Shown: piece after piece, positions 23,399 through 24,825 of the stretch
Position numbering within the stretch: the first letter of the stretch is position 1
How the letters are laid out: the number at the start of each line of letters is the position of its first letter
Origin: a virus
Lineage: Duplodnaviria > Caudoviricetes
DNA length: 24,825 nt
Strand: one strand, 5' to 3'
Virus record (IMG/VR): IMGVR_UViG_3300049009_000175
Span: 1-24,825 of that record
The notes under the pieces: model-generated
Database searches by the model: none
What the model saw: the letters and a program-made list of their open reading frames with translations, nothing else
Told to the model about the DNA's origin: nothing
Position numbers and translations under genes: made by a program

Positions 23399-24823
23399 CT
23401 AACTTCCCATCCAACTTGATGAAACGGCTGCGCCAATCTGTCTAGGACGGCGCTCTTGGCGGTCATTGTACTGTTTATGAGCTACAGGGAAAGCAAAAGT
23501 TACACATAGTGCGTCTGCGGCATCAGGAGACGCCAGTCCACGGGCCTTCATCTCCTTTTTACCCTCTAAAAAGATTGTCCCTTTGGAATCTGGCTTCTTT
23601 GTGGGTCCAATCAGGTCGTTTTTAAGCCCCCGATCGGTAGTAATGGCAGCAGTCTTGAGCCATTCCCGCATGGCACCCCACATCTCGGCACGTTTATTGC
23701 CATACATCATGGGTGTTTTGGACTTAGAGCCGAAGTTAATCCCTTTGACCTTGAACCGCTGCTCTGTGAGCCTGTCCAGGATCCCGTAGCCCAGTCCACC
23801 CTCATCAATAACGGTCAGAACGGGCTTGTACTCGTCGATGGCATCGATGACGTGCCCGACTACGGCCATAGTATCCTCACCCTTGTACCGTTTGATCGCA
23901 AGCAGGTCACGACCCTGGCGCACAACGATCACTGTGCTGTCCATGCCACCACGAGCAGGGTCAACGCCAATAACGATGGGAGCAGTTGGATCCTTGTACT
24001 TAGGCCGTTTGAACGCATCTTCTACCAGCACGGGCGAGATAAACTGGTCTTCACCGGCAGCGGGAAACTCGCCATACACTTCGACACGGGCTTGGATACT
24101 GTCTTCACCATACTCAGCGATGATTTGGTCATAGATCGCCTTGTCCGTGCCTTCTACGGTACGCGCATCAATGATCCGACTCTTCCAGAAGTCCCGTTTG
24201 GCATGGAACGTCTCAAAAAAGTACCCTGTGTTGCGCCGTGGGTTACTAAACGACAGCCAGTACCTGTCTAATATCTTCTCGGTAAAGAAGCCTGCTGCCA
24301 CGCTCCAGATCGCATCTGGTATACCCGACGCCTCGTCGAAGATAACCATGATCCCGTCCATATTGTGAACACCTGCGTAGCTGTCAGGGTTCTCCTCGCT
24401 CCAGAGCTTCCCCTCAGCACCCCAATAACGGGTGCCCTTCTTAAGGTCACGCTCAACCAGGTCGGTTATCCACGCAGCCGGTACGAGCTTGGTCGCACTC
24501 ACCTCCCACCAGTGTGCGTTGATGGCCATCGTAGCCCACTTAGTCAACTCACCCCACGTGACCGTACGCAACTGGTTCTCACTGTTAGCCGAGACGATCA
24601 CTGACGACCCTATGCGCGTGGTCAGCATCCACAGGATCAACCACGAGACCAGTGCGCTCTTCCCGATACCCCGACCACTTGAGACCGCCAACCTGAGCGC
24701 GTCCATGTCAAGTTGTCCACGGTTCCCCTTAATGTGTACCGTGATCTCCCGCAGCACCTCCCGCTGCCACCGACGTGGCCCCTTGTGCTTCTCCAGTGGG
24801 GTGTTCTTCTGCCCCCACGGAAA
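23399..24823 (-). CDS. terL: Terminase large subunit (5'-partial)
   Basis: Walker A SSGRGIGKS, Walker B VIFDEASG, coupling motif SNP, nuclease GVDPARGGMD and SPDAADAL. The frame stays open to the window edge (FPWGQKNTPL...PRRWQREVL). Confidence 0.96.
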   Translation of the reverse strand, partial: FPWGQKNTPLEKHKGPRRWQREVLREITVHIKGNRGQLDMDALRLAVSSGRGIGKSALVSWLILWMLTTRIGSSVIVSANSENQLRTVTWGELTKWATMAINAHWWEVSATKLVPAAWITDLVERDLKKGTRYWGAEGKLWSEENPDSYAGVHNMDGIMVIFDEASGIPDAIWSVAAGFFTEKILDRYWLSFSNPRRNTGYFFETFHAKRDFWKSRIIDARTVEGTDKAIYDQIIAEYGEDSIQARVEVYGEFPAAGEDQFISPVLVEDAFKRPKYKDPTAPIVIGVDPARGGMDSTVIVVRQGRDLLAIKRYKGEDTMAVVGHVIDAIDEYKPVLTVIDEGGLGYGILDRLTEQRFKVKGINFGSKSKTPMMYGNKRAEMWGAMREWLKTAAITTDRGLKNDLIGPTKKPDSKGTIFLEGKKEMKARGLASPDAADALCVTFAFPVAHKQYNDRQERRPRQIGAAVSSSWMGS

Positions 24824-24825
24824 CG

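Larger units (their letters stand above)
1..24825. mobile_element. P22-like tailed phage/prophage genome fragment (accessory genes, lysis, ejection, tail, head, packaging)
   Basis: Terminase, portal, scaffold, P22-type coat, gp4/gp10-like and ejection genes occur in P22-like order; GH108 endolysin and holin are present; no host housekeeping genes are seen. Confidence 0.97.

Noticed and set aside
24755-24757. Track start of the terminase at GTG 24757
   Set aside because: The frame is open to the window edge and contains typical upstream terminase sequence (FPW...PRRWQ), so the gene is 5'-partial.
1-24825. Host assignment and lifestyle (temperate vs lytic)
   Set aside because: A proteobacterial host is plausible from the gene families, but no integrase, repressor, att site or host flank is visible in the window.

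Overview
The whole window is a fragment of a tailed dsDNA phage or prophage with a P22-like (podovirus) virion module. No host genes, integrase, rRNA, tRNA or CRISPR array are visible. Positions 1-3037 (+) hold nine small, translationally coupled accessory genes plus a partial upstream ORF; these genes share many short microhomologies. Positions 3034-24825 (-) hold one long late operon. In transcription order it encodes: terminase large subunit (5' end outside the window), two tiny basic proteins, portal, a Dps/ferritin-like protein, a fibre/tailspike cluster, scaffold, P22-type coat, putative decoration proteins, gp4-like adaptor, gp10-like hub, needle-position protein, fibre plus chaperone, a DDxxD-motif protein, three ejection proteins, a lysis cassette (small membrane protein, GH108 endolysin, 3-TM holin) and an HNH-like endonuclease. 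Four observations stand out. (1) A prenyltransferase-like DDxxD protein occupies the slot before the first ejection protein, where P22 and T7 carry predicted GNAT-fold proteins. (2) The endonuclease carries a diverged in-frame duplicate of the holin C-terminus. (3) An 8-residue-periodic 'hhT(D/E/Q)xG(D/E)' motif is shared by the tail hub and a tiny adaptor gene, and co-occurs with two 'ISxL'-start fibres. (4) The early genes appear to be built from shuffled peptide modules. All family assignments come from motif recognition and gene order; no database searches were run.
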